Source of the DNA: Torpedo marmorata
Lineage: Eukaryota
Assembly: GCA_977017645.1 (NCBI GenBank)
Contig: OZ360221.1
Coordinates: forward strand, 83,080,001-83,144,000
Length of the DNA stretch: 64,000 nucleotides
Direction of reading: 5' to 3'
In this document: piece after piece, positions 11,806 through 25,000 of the stretch
Layout: each line of letters begins with the position of its first letter
How positions within the stretch are numbered: position 1 is the stretch's first letter
Notes under the pieces: generated by a model
The model's input: only the letters and a program-made list of their open reading frames with translations
What the model was told of the DNA's origin: nothing
Databases searched by the model: none
Program-made: the position numbers and the translations under genes

Positions 11806-12043
11806 ATGGCATGGTTAGCATCGTGGTTAGCAAAATGCTATTGCAGTGCCAGTGACCTGGGTTCGAATTGGCACAGTCTGCAAGGAATTTGTATGTTCTC
11901 CCCGTGTCTGCGTGGGTTTATTCCGAGTGCTCCGGTTTCCTCCTACCCTTCAAAACGTACAGGTGGGTTGTAGGTTAATTGGGTGTATTTAGATGGCAAG
12001 GGCTCATTGGCTGGAGGGGCCTGTTACCGTGCTGTATGTCCAA
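11806..12043 (+). mobile_element. V-SINE (HE1-like) inserted in CR1
   Basis: tRNA-like head, V core ttctccccgtgtctgcgtgggttt, tail ggcctgttaccgtgctgtatgtc. The flanks rejoin as the CR1 sequence ggaataaagggatcc. Confidence 0.85.
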
Positions 12044-12844
12044 AAAGGGATCCTATTCTGGTTGGCTACCGGTCACCAGTGGTGTTCCGCAGGGGCCGGT
12101 GTTGGGCCACTTCTTTTTACATTGTATGTTAGTGATTTGGATTGCAGAATAAATGTTTTTGTGGCTAAGTTGGCATATGATACAAAGATAGGTGGAGGGG
12201 CAGGTAGTGATGAGGAAATCGAGAGGCTGCAGCGAGTCTTAGATTAAGAGAATGGGCATAGAAGTGGCAAATAAATACAATGTTAGAAAGTGTATGGTCA
12301 TACACTTTGGTAGAAGGAATAAAAGGGCAATTATTTGGATCAGGAGAAAAATAAAAATTTAGAGGTCCAAAGGGAGTCCTCATGCAGGATATCCTAAAGG
12401 TTAACCTCCAGGTTGAGTCAATGGTGAAGAAGGCGAATGCAATATTGGCATTCATGTCAAGAGGAAAAGGATATAAGAGTGGGTATGTGATGTTGAAGCT
12501 TTATAAGGCACTGGTGAGGCCTCACTTGGAGTTCGGGGTGCAGTTTTCGGCTCCTTATTTAAAAACGGATGTGCTGGCATTGGATATGGTTCAGAGAAGA
12601 TTCACAAGAATGATTCCTGGAATGAAGGGATTAGCGAGGAACGTTTGATGACTCTTGGACTGTACTCCTTGGAGTTCAGAAGAATCCACAGGAGGGACCT
12701 CAGAAGCATTTCAAATGTTGAAAGGCCTAGACAGAGTAGATATGGCAAAGTTGTTTCCCATTGTAGGGGAGTACAGGACAAGAGGGCACAACTTCAAGAT
12801 TAAAGTGTGCCTATTTAAAAAAGAAATGCAGAGGAATTTCTTTA

Positions 12845-15800
12845 AAAACACAGAAATGCTGGAGGAATTTAGCAGGTCTCGCAGCATCCATAGGAGATAA
12901 AGATATATTCTGGCATTTCGGGCCTGAGCCCTTCCTCAAGGTATCTACCACCACCATACTTTGATGAAGGGCTCAAGCCCGAGACGTCGGTTATGTATTT
13001 CTACCTTTGCTACATAAAAGACACTGTTTGACCTGCTGAGTTTCTCCAGCATTTGTGTTTTTTACATCTACTACCATCAACCTGGCCCTCACTGCATATC
13101 CTCCATTACCCACACATCTGCCCTGGCCCCCTCTGCCCCAACGTGCAACAAGGACAGAATTCCCCTTGTCCTCGCCTCTGCATCCAACATATCATCCTCC
13201 ACCATTTCCGTCACCTACTGCATGATCCCACCACCAGACACATATTCCACTCTCCTCCCCTCTCTGCCTTCTGCAGGGATCACTCCTTCCATGACTCCCT
13301 CGTCCATTCCTCCCTTCCCACCAATCACCCCTTTGGCACCTATCTCTGTGACTGCAGGAGATGTTCCACTTGCGCCCACACCTCCTCCCTCACAACAATT
13401 CTGGGCCCCAAATAAATTCTTCCAAGTGAAGCAACATTTCACTTATGAATCAGCAGGAGTCATCTACTGTATCCGGTGCTCCCGTTGTGGTCTCCTCTAC
13501 ATTGGAGAGACTGGACGCAGACTGGGATATCGATTCATTGAGCACCTCAGCTCTGTCCGTTGCAAAAGCGTGGATCTCCCAGTGGAAACTCATTTCAATT
13601 CCATGCCCCATTCCCTTGCCGACATGTCTGTCTATGGTTTCATGCACTGCCAGACTGAGACCACCCGCAAATTGGAGGAATAACACCTCCAAATGTCATT
13701 AACATCGACCTCTCTGGTTTCCGTTAGCCACCCCCCCCCACCTTTCCCTATGTCTCTCCTCATTGAATTAACACCTTTTGTCTGTTGGTCTGTGTAGTAA
13801 CCTCATTAGTAAGTCGTTAACCTCATTGTTGTATGTAAATGGTGTGCTGCATATTATAGTACCCATGGAATGTCCACTATAACCATATATGGTAAAATGG
13901 AAGTTCTGTACGGCTATGAATGAACCGCCTTGGAATGTGACTGGACCATTGCTTGGACCATGTGCTATGTGAATAAACCACTTGAGTCTTAGATCTAACT
14001 CTATCAAGTCATGTGTGCCTTGTCTCTGTTTGTCTGACGTTGTACGTTAACTACTAGAACCTCTGACTATACTCAGAGGTTCTCCAAAACACAAAATTGG
14101 CGACGAGGACTTTTAAAGTACCCACGATGGCAGTTTTCGGTAATGTTGGTGTTTTTGATGAGGCTGTGGAGTCTTTTGAGGACTATACTGGTCGCATGGA
14201 TGCCTTTTTCAATGCCAATACCATTGCTGAGGGCAATAAAACGAGTTTATTTCTTGCAAGTGTGGGACCGGCGGCATACAAGTTGCTGAAAAATCTGTGC
14301 AGTCAGGATCAGCCCAGCAGAAAGGAATATGCAGACTTGAAGAAGCAGTTTACTGAACATTTTAAGCCGGCACCTATCGTCATTGCAGAGAGGCATAAGT
14401 TTTGGACAGCACAACAGGGAGAGAGAGAGTCCGTGGCAGACTTTGTCGTCGGACTGAAACATTTGGCTTCAACTTGTTCCTTTGGATCTTTTTTGAAGGA
14501 GGCACTCCGAGACAGACTTGTTTAGGGGCTACATCCCAAAATGTCCCGTACTCAGCGACATCTTCTTTCGGTTCGGGAGTTGACGTTCGACGACGCAAGG
14601 GCTAAAGGCATCGCTGACGAGATGGCGGTGGCAGCAAACCAGGACTACATGGGGAAAGCGGCCAGCAACAGAGATGCACATCGGCTAGGCCAGGTGAGGA
14701 AGAAGCAGACGTCAAAATTTCCTTCTAACTCATTCAACAAGGGGATGCAGTGCAAGTGCTGTGGAGGAAAACATCGGGCTGACACCTGCCGATTCAAAGA
14801 CGCTACGTGCCACTGATGCAAGAAGCGAGGACATATTCGCTCGGTGTGTTTCCCCTCAAAGCATGGCCACGAGAAGACAAAATTTGTTGAAACTGATTCC
14901 AACGATGACTCTAAGACTGAGAGTGTACAAACGGATAAGGCATTTGGGTTGTTTCAGCTTGAGGGTGAGTGCTACCGTACATTTGTACCGTATAAGGTTA
15001 ACGGAAATGCATGTATTGAGATGGAAGTAGATACAGGAGCTTCCTGTTCAACCCTGTCTGACTCGGTGTACTATGCGAAATTGTCAGAGTTTCCAATAGA
15101 GGAAACAAATATCATTCTTAGGAGCTAATGTGGGGAGATAGTACCACTCCTTGGTAAGATAACTGTCCCAGTGCGGTATGAAAATTGTGAAACATTCATG
15201 CTTGAATTGTTGATTGTGAAAGGAAATCATCCAGCTCTCTTTGGGAGAGACTGGCTTACCAAAATCAGATTGAATTGGGAGAACATTTTAGTGGTTAGAG
15301 ATCGGGGTAATGAGACCAAATCTCAGCCCAAGCCAACCCCTAAATCACACCATAAACGGGTGGCCACATCTTCTGCCCAGTCTGAGTTAGACTCAGTTCT
15401 AAGAAAGCATGAAAAATTGTTCGGGAAGGAAGGATCGGGCATAAAAGGGTTTACTGCTTCAATTAAACGCAAACCAGGTGCAAAACCGACATTTCAGAAA
15501 GCGCGACCCATGCCCTATGCACAGGTGGAAACTGTAAATAAAGAGTATGAGTGGCTCATAAATGGGGACATACTGACCCCTGTTGCACATTGTGAGTGGG
15601 CCTCACCCACAGTTCATGTTCCCAAGTCTCAAGGGAATATTCGCGTGTGCGGCGATTACAAGCGCGTGAATGAGGTAATCGAGGATGATGGCTACAAGCT
15701 GCCCAATGCGCAAGATTTGTTCGCGAAACTTGCACAAGATGGTACTACGCCAAAAGTGTATTCGGTCATTGACCTAGCTGGTGCGTTTAACCAGCTCCTT

Positions 15801-18800
15801 CTCGATGAGGAGTCGACTGAACTCCTTGTGCTCAACACTCACAAAGGCTTGCTTGCACCCAAACGCTTGTGCTTTGGAGTGAAAACCGCGCCAATCTTGT
15901 TCCAAGTGACTATGGACAAGATTTTGTCAGGCATGGAGCATGTTTTTTGCTATGTCGATGACATTTTGATCGCGACCGATACCTACGACCAGCACATGAA
16001 GGTACTAGCAGAGCTGTTTGCCCGGCTGGACAAAAATAATGTGCGACTCAATCGTGAAAAGTGCCAATTTCTGAAGCCGACTATCAGTTACCTCAGACAC
16101 ATTCTCACTGCTGATGGCATTAAGCCATTGCAGGACAAAGTAGATGTGATTTTAAAAATGCACGAAAACCAGAGAACGTCTCTGAACTGAAATCTTTCCT
16201 CGGGATGATAAATTACTATGGGAAATTCGTTCCAAATCTGAGCTCAAAACTACATCCGCTCTAAGCGCTGCTGCAACACTCCGCAGAGTGGAAATGGTGC
16301 ACAAAATGCGAAGAAGCATTTGAGTATGCGAAAAACATGTTAGCAAGTGACCACGTTCTAGTCCATTACGATCCATTGAAACCACTAGTTTTGAGTGTGG
16401 ATGCAAGTCCCTATGGACTAGGGGCTGTCCTAAGTCACAAACTGGATGACGGCTCAGAAAAGCCAATTGCATATGCGTCGAGAACGCTGAGCGCTGCTGA
16501 GAAAAACTATGCGCAAATAGACAAGGAAGGCTTGGCGATTGTGTTCGGTGTGCGGAAGTTTCACCTCTACCTTTATGGTAGAAATTTCCCTCTCGTTACA
16601 GACCATCAGCCTCTTACAAGCATTTTCGATCCGAAATCGGGGATCCCCCCTCTGGCTGCTGGTTGCATGCAGAGATGGGCTTTGCTCCTCTCTGGCTATC
16701 GATATCAGATTGAATATCGATTTTTGTCTTGCAACGCAAATGCAGACCTATTGAGTAGGTTACCCCTGACTACTGCTACTCCTCATCCTGATGAGGTGTA
16801 CGCGCATCAAACTATTGTAGATCAGCTACCAGTAACAGCGCAGCAAATTGCAGATCGAATGAGAAAAGATCATGTGCTTGCAAAGGTGTATGAACACACC
16901 CTGTCGGGATGGGCAAATCATAGCGAGGATGCATCGCTGCAACCATATTTCATGCTGTCCTTGGAAGATGGATGCATTCTATGGGGTAGACGAGTTGTCA
17001 TCCCAGAGGTGCAACGCCAGCACATACTCAAGGAATTACATGAATGTCACCCTGGCATGAGCCGAATGAAGGCTCTTGCACGATCATTCATTTGGTGGCC
17101 TGGTATCGACCAGGATATCGAAGACACAGTGCGCAATTTTTCTACGTGTATTGAAGCTCATAACACACCTAAACAAGTACCATTGCTGCTCTGGCCTTGG
17201 GCCACGGATCCATGGCAGAGAATTCACATTGACTTTGCCAAAGTCAAAGGTCAGCAATTTCTACTTGTAGTAGACAGCCGTTCGAAGTGGCTAGAAGCAT
17301 TTCCGATGAGTAGCACTACATCAGCTGCTACCATCACGGCGCTGCGATCGCTATTTGCCCGTTTTGGATTGCCCTTACAGGTAGTAAGTGATAATGGCCC
17401 GCAGTTTACATCTGAGGAGTTTGCATCATTCCTCAAGGGTAATGGCATCAAGCACACCCTTTGCCCGCCATACCACCCAGCCAGCAATGGTTTAGCCGAA
17501 AGGCATATTCAGACTTTCAAGCGGCTGCTTGAAAAATCGGACAAGAAGCTACCCATCCAACATAAGGTAGCAAACGCGTTGTTTCATTACAGAAATACAC
17601 CGCACACAACCACCGGAAAAACTCCAGCGGAGTTATTCCTCAAGCGCGCTCCGCGAACTCAACTTTCTTTAGTGAAGCCCAGTCTCAAACAGAAAGTAGA
17701 GAAGAAACAAATCGCAACCAAAGATCAAAGAGACGGGCACATCCCAAAATGCGATCATTTGATCTTTATCAATCAGTTAGAGTCAGAAACATGAGGGGAG
17801 GGAAGGAAAGATGGCTACCTGGGACTATAGTGTCAATAAAGGGACCACTCACATATTTGGTTAGAGAACCAGGAAACAATAGAAGATTTGTTCATGCAGA
17901 TCATCTGATCCCAGATGACTCTAGGAGTAATGAATCTGTAGATGACCCGTCTGAACTGCACACACTTGTTGATTTAGATGATGATGCAGTCCCGACACCC
18001 AATTCACATTCGACTCCTAATTCAGTCCCGACACTCAGTTCACACTCGACTCATAATTTGGATCTTAGTGACCAATCACTCCCAGCTCAAATCGACAAAG
18101 AAATCCCACTCGTAGTTACACGGTCAGGCAGAGTCGTTCGACCTCCAAAACGTTATGAACCGTAAGCTCATGGTATTGTATAAGTCTGTGTAATGATAGG
18201 CCTAAGAATGTTCTGTTATGTCATAATTACAGATTTAAAGTAAAGTACACTCCCTCATAAAATAAAATGTACTGTAATAAGCAATAATACTAGGTCGTTG
18301 GGTAATTGATTTGGAATTGAAACAGCAGAAACTAAATCTTTGATATTGTTAAAAGGATAAGGTACAATATCTATTATATGCACTTGTACCAAGTTGAAAA
18401 GTGTGATCACATGTTTTCTTGAAGACGCATGACTTAAGAGTTATAGAAGTCATGATCTGGAAGGGAGGAATGTAGTAACCTCATTAGTAAATCATTAACC
18501 TCATTGTTGTATGTAAATGGTCTGTTGCATATTTAGTACCCATGGAATGTCCACTATAACCATATATGGTAAAATGGAAGTTCTGTACGGCTATGACTTG
18601 GAATGTGACTGGACCATTGCTTGGACCATGTGCTATGTGAATAAACCACTTGAGTCTTAGATCTAACTCTATCAAGTCATGTGTGCCTTGTCTCTGTTCG
18701 TTTGACGGTGTACGTTAACTACTAGAACCTCTGACTATACTCAGAGGTTCTCCAAAACACAAAAGTCTGTACTCCTCCCCCTCCCATTCTTCCCTTTTCC

Positions 18801-18974
18801 CCAGCCTTTTTAACACAGTCACCTCTCTCTTTTTAATCATACCTTGAGGAAGGGTTCAGGCCCGAAATGTCTGTTATATATCTTTACCTCCTATGGACGC
18901 TGCGAGACAGGTTGAGTTCCTCCAGCGTTTCTGTGTTTTTACTACAATCATAGCGTCTGCAAACTTTCATGTTT
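12845..18974 (+). mobile_element. Penelope-like (Neptune-type) insertion: inverted pLTR, forward pLTR, Cys-linker + GIY-YIG fragment, and a pLTR split by a Gypsy element
   Basis: 16-bp TSD at 12829-12844 and 18975-18990. ORFs show CDCRRCSTC and VIYCIRCSRCGLLYIGETGRRLGYRFIEH. Confidence 0.85.
13793..18764 (+). mobile_element. Full-length but degenerate Ty3/Gypsy LTR retrotransposon (Mag/K02A2.6-like); LTRs 13793-14096 and 18471-18764
   Basis: 5-bp TSD gtctg. PBS TGGCGACGAGGA (14098-14109, tRNA-Ser-type). PPT ggaagggaggaa. Gag with two CCHC-like knuckles, protease VDTGAS, RT YVDD, RNase H DAS..GLGAVL, integrase H..H/RIHIDF/SDNGPQF/SNGLAER, C-terminal TRSGRVVRPPKRY. Several stops and frameshifts. 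Confidence 0.95.
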
Positions 18975-19916
18975 CAGAGGAATTTCTTTAGCCAGAGAGT
19001 GATGAACCTCTGGAATTTGCTACCACTGGCGGCTGTGGAGGCTAGGTCATTGGGTGTATTTACTGTAAGGCAGAGATTGATAAGTATCCAAATAGTTAGG
19101 GTATCAAAGGTTATGGGGAGAAGGCAGGGGAGTGGGGCTGAGTGTGAGAATGGATCAACCTATGATGGAATGGCGGAGTGGATTCGATGGACTGAATGGC
19201 CCACTTCTGCTCCTATATCTTATGGTGTTATGGACATTTCTGTCGCATGAGAAGAGGTTGAATAAGTAGGCTTGGGCTCCATTCTTCAGAATTTAATAGA
19301 ATAAGAAGTGACCTCATTGAGTCTCACAAAGTTCAGAGAAGGATTGACGAGGTAGATCAGGGGAGGATATTTTCCCTAACTGATGAATCTTGAATGAGGA
19401 GCTACAGTCTCACAATAAGTGGATGTCAGGAGGACTGAAAGGAGAAGAATTGCTTCACTCAGAGGATAGTGAAACTGAAATTCTCTGTTTCAGAGGGCTG
19501 TGGAGGCTGTCACCAATTGAACTAAAAACAGAAATAGATAGATTTACGGATATTTCAGGAATAAACAATATGAGGAAAAGAGCAATAACTGCCTTTGAGC
19601 TCAGCTATGAATTTAATGCATGCGGGATCTGGGGTTTGAGGGGCAGAATAGTCTCTGCCTGCTCCAACTTCTTGTTCTTACACGCAGAGCGTTGCCCAAT
19701 ATACAATGATCAAGTTTTAAGAAAAAGGAGCTTGCATCCAATCTCAACTACAACACTTGAATGTTGCTGAGAGGTGAAATTTAAGTGAATTAATTTCTGA
19801 TGAAAGGGCATGAATCTGAAATGTTTGTCCTGTTTCACTTTCTGTAGATTCTCTTGGGCCTGTGGAGCATTCCCTACATTTTCTGTTGTATTGTGCAATT
19901 CAATTATCATTAATGA

Positions 19917-20150
19917 GGTGGCATAGCGGTTAGTGCAATACTATTACAGGTTCGAATCCGGCACTGTCTATAAGGAGTTTATACATTCTCTCTGTGACCT
20001 GTGTGGGTTTTCTCTGCGTGCTCTGGTTTCTTCCCCCATAAAAACATCAGGGGCTGGTAGGTTAATTGGGTGTAATTGGGCGGCATGGGTTTCATGGGCT
20101 GGAAGGACCTTCTACCGTTCTATATCGTTAAAACTAAAATTAAATTAAAA
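19917..20150 (+). mobile_element. V-SINE (HE1-like), degenerate
   Basis: ggttcgaatccggcactgtctataaggagttt and V core, with an AT-rich tail. Confidence 0.75.
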
Positions 20151-21205
20151 TTTCTCCCAGAGAGAAGTTGATTTTGACTTTTCGGCTCCTGACTTGCATA
20201 CGGTTCCAGTTTACTCTTGTACTTCTGATCTCCTCCCCCTCTCCCTTCTTTTGACTCTCCTTAAAATGTTGCTCTTTGACCAACTTTCAGAAACTTATTT
20301 GACTGGATGCCAATTTTTGTGAGATTATCACCCCCATGAGTTTTTTTTGACACATTTTGAGATAAAAGAAATTCTTTCCATATCCTTTTGGGGATTTTAA
20401 TCTCAAGTATTTGTTCTTCTAGAAAAATTTACATCTGTGCCTCGTATATTAATCTTGGCAAATTGGCTTCTGAAGCTTGGCCTCAGGACTTTCCAGTGGG
20501 AGTATTCCCTTTTGTTTTGTGAGCTGGAAGTGAGGATTGCAACTTTGTGCAGGCAAAGAGAAATCTTAAAAAAGATCTTTCAAAACTATCCAGCATATTC
20601 CCTCCTTCCAGTACTCGTAGGCCTACAGGTCATGGGAATTGTGGTATAGCAATGGACTGGTAATTCAAAGGAAGGGACTGAAGATCCAGAGTCAAAACAG
20701 TAAATCGACAATGAATGAATAAGCTGGTGGTATACAGTGGGTCAGGCAGCATCCATGGAGAGAAATGGTCAGTCATTGTTTCGAGTCAGGACCCTTACTC
20801 AAGACACTTTCCTTGAGTGAAAAGAAGGTCCAATTTACATATCAGACACTCAGTTTTCCAACAACTTAAAGCAGCTGTTGGTCCTAATGCAGGGTCTAGA
20901 TAAAGGGCCTCGACCAGAAATATTGAGTAACCATTCTTTCCATTCACATATTGACTGAGACTCCCATACTGTCAAAGGGCTGGATGGGTTAGGGTTTGTC
21001 AAATGTGTTCAGAAAGTTTCCTTACTTAATATATAAAGGTCACAACTAGAGAGAGTGCAATACTGGATCTCCTATTAGGGAATGAGACAGGGCAGGTGAT
21101 GTAAGTGTGAGTAAGGGAACACTTTGGATCTCATGATCATAATGCCATTAGTTTCAATATAATTATGGAAAGGGATAGGTTTTGGTCCACGGGTTGAGAT
21201 TTTAC

Positions 21206-22043
21206 TGGATCCTTGACTTCCTCATCGGAAGACCACAGGATCGGTAACATTTCCTCCTCACTAACAATCAACACACGTGAACCTCAAATATGTGTGCTTA
21301 GCCCACTGCTCTACTCTCTCTACACCCATGACGGTGTAGCTAGGCACAATACAAATGCCATCTACAAATTTGCTGATGACACCACCGTTGTCTACAGAAT
21401 CACAGATGGCAATGAAGAAACGTACAGGAGTGAGATAGATAGATAGATAGAGAGTGATATCACAACAACAACTTTGTACTCAACATTATCAAAACTAAGG
21501 AATTGATTGTGAACTTCAGGAAGGGGAAACCAAAAGAACACAAACCAGTCATCATCGAGGGGTCAGCAGTGCAGAGGGTAAAGAACTTCAAATTCCTGGG
21601 TTTGAACATCTCAGAAGATCTATCCTGGGGTCATCATGTTGATGCAATCATGAAGAAGGCTCACTAGTGGCTATATTTCATCAGGAGTTTGAAGAGATTT
21701 GGTATGTCACCAAAGACTCTTGCAAATTTTAACAGGTGTACCGTGGAGAGCATTCTGACTGGATGCATCACTGTCTGCTATTGAGGTGCCAATGTACAGG
21801 ACAGGAAAAGGCTACAGAGGGTTGTAAACTTGGCCAGCACCATCATAAGCATTAGTCTTCACTCCATTAAGGACATCTACAAGAGGCGATGTCTCTAGTG
21901 TTACAAATTCAAACCAGCAACGACAGAAGACGCAATGCAAAAGGGGTAAAATTGAAATTTATATTTATTAAAGACAATTAAACATATAATTTCTTAACAA
22001 TCAACCCCACTATAAAAGTTTATAATCACTATTCTTATCTAAA

Positions 22044-22079
<36 letters not shown>

Positions 22080-25000
22080 CCCAGACTATTACAGTCTGTG
22101 CCCAACCCTCATGTAAAAATGGAAAACCTTCCCCAAAACCCCCAGGTCAATCATAAAATTAAGTCAGTCCCAAAAATACAGTCCACAAAAATCACTCTCT
22201 ATGTTCAGGGTCCAAATTCAGCTCTGTGCGCTGGCACGAAGGACTTCTTAATGAACGTTGGAGAGAGAGACAATGACTGTTTAAGCTTACGAATGCTTGG
22301 CCTGCTTTTCTTCTCTGATGACTTTCCCTTTTGGTAGGTGCACGAGGATTGCGGTTCCAAATCAGTATACCACTCATTGAGGCGTATACTTGGATCTCAC
22401 AGCCTGTCTCGCTGATCTCACGCCTGTTCTCCACGAAAGTTGCTTTATCTCAGGATTTTGCTGATACAAGAGGCCATGTGCTATTCTCCAAGCCTTTCTC
22501 ACTGGAATGCACAAGCCTGTTTCTGATGTTGTTGCTTCAGCCTTTTGCAACTCCAAACTGAATGCTTTTTGCAGAGGTTTGCACCTGCTTTTGCAAAAGT
22601 GCAACAAAGTATCTTTCCAACAGCCTGTCTCTCTCTCTATGTGTGTCTCTCTCTCTCTGAGCACAGCCAGTCCTGGGCAAGTTAACTCTTTCAGTACCCA
22701 GTCCCAGTGTGTACTCAAAAGACGTCATCCTTCCTCCTGACCGTCCGCAGTCCAAATGGTCAGTCATGGTCCATAACACCTCCCACCCACAAAGAAAATT
22801 TTGGTCTGCAAGAACAAAATTTTGGAAATTAATTGAGGAGTCACAATATAAACAAAACCCACAATGTTCATCCACAAACACAAAAATATGATCTATTTTC
22901 ATTTATAAAGTTTAGCATTTAGAAAGACAATCAGCGATTACATTATCTTTCCCTTTTATATGAGTTATCATTAAATCATATTTTTGCAAAATTAGACTCC
23001 AATTCAACAACTGTCGATTCTTATTTTTCATTTTACAAATAAAAACCAATGGATTATGGTCAGTGTACACTATGAGTGGTTTTTGAGCTGTACAGATATA
23101 CACATCAAAGTGTTGTAGAGCCAACACAAGAGCTAACAACTCTTTTTCTATGGTTGAATAATTCCTTTGATAATCATTGAACTTCTTCGAGAAGTAGGAT
23201 ACCGGATGGTCAATGTCCTCTTCGTTCTTCCTCTGTAACAGCACCGCACCCACAGCTTCATCGCTGGCATCCACGGCTAAAGAAAACTGCTTTTCTAAAT
23301 TAGGTGACTTAAGCACAGGTTAGTGGCATAAAATGGATTTTAATTTGACAAATGCTTCCTGACAACCTGTCGACCATACAAATTTTTCTCTCTTTCTAAG
23401 CAAATTTGTGAGAGGGCGCGCAAGATCTGCAAAGTTTTGACATAACTTGCGGTAGTAGCCAATCATTCCCAGGAACCTCCTCAGAGTTTTCTTACCAGTT
23501 GGAGCAGGGAACTCGGAAATAGTCACAACCTTGGCCTCAACTGGCGCCAACTGCCCCTGTCCTACTACATAACCCAGATAAATAACAGTCTCATGTCCAA
23601 ACTCACTTTTACTTAAATTAACTGTGAGATTCGCTTTTGAAAGTCGATTGAACAATTGTTTTAACTCAAAGACATGCTCTTCCCAGGTGTCATTACTTAC
23701 AATTAAATCATCAATGTAAGCACCTGTGTTTTTCAACCCTTGAATTACTGAATTAGTTATTCTATGAAATGTTCCTGGAGCATTCTTCATCCCAAAAGGC
23801 ATAACATTATACTCAAACAGCCCAAAAGGTGTTACAAATGCAGAAATCTCCCTGGCCCTTTTTGTCAAAGGAACACACCAGTACCCTTTCAATGTCAATT
23901 TTAGTAAGAAATTTGGCCTTCCCCACCTTGTCTATATAATCGTCTATTCTAGGAATAGGATAAGCATCTGTCTTTGTCACGGCATTTACTTTCCTATAAT
24001 CAGTGCAAAACCTAACCATTCCATCAGGCTTAGGCACTAAAACACAAGGGGAACTCCAATTTGAAGTAGACTTTTGAATGATACTGTTCTTTACCATGTA
24101 GTCAATTTCCTGATCTACCGGTTTGCACTTTTCCACATTTATTCGATAGGGATGCTGTTTTATCGGTTTGCATCTCCGACATCCACATGATAAGCTATGG
24201 AAATTTTCTGAGGCACATCGGAAAATAAATTTATAAATTTTAAAAATAACTGACATCTCTTCCTTTCGGAAGATTTGAGATGAACCAACTTTGTCTCCAG
24301 ATTGCGCAAAATCATGGAATTTTCTAATCTCGGATTTATCAAGTTCTGTGTCCCACGGCCCTGTCTAAAACTGGTTTTATCTATCTCCTCCTTACCCTGG
24401 TCGATAACCAGCACCTCTGGTAAATGTTCAGTCTCTTTGTGCGGCACCTGTTCAAAATATGGCTTAATCATATTCACATGACAGACCTGTGTGTCTCGTC
24501 TGCGATTAGGTGTTTCTATGACATAGGTGACATCATAAATTTTATACTTAACTCTATAGGGTCCTGAAAATCTAGACCTAAGAGGATTTGAATGTGTGGG
24601 AAACAGAACTAATACGTTCTCACTAGGTTTAAAAGTTCTCATCTTGGCCTTTCGATCATACCAAACCTTCATTCTCTGTTGAGTGGCCTTTAAAGTCTCC
24701 TTTGCCATCTCACAAGCTTTATGCAACCGATCCTTAAATTTGGAAACATAATCCAACATATTTAAATGCACATAACTATTAATCCACTGTTCTTTTAATA
24801 ACCTTAAAGGACCTTTCACCTCATGTCTGAAAACTAACTCGAATGGACTAAAACCTAGTGATTCTTGGACAGACTCCCTCGCTGCAAATAACAACAAATG
24901 AAACCCCTCATCCCAATCCATTTCCTTCTCACAACAATAAGTTCTAATCATGTTTTTCAAAGTTGAATGGAACCTCTCCAAAGACCCTTGACTTTCTGGA

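Larger units (their letters stand above)
10960..19230 (+). mobile_element. Degenerate CR1 LINE (10960-12844 and 18975-19230), interrupted by a SINE and a Penelope/Gypsy insertion
   Basis: Fragments EHFASVFT, NYRPVTLTSVVGK, LDFQKAF, LVRPHLE and FFSQRVMNLWN. The halves rejoin across the TSD cagaggaatttcttta. Confidence 0.85.
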
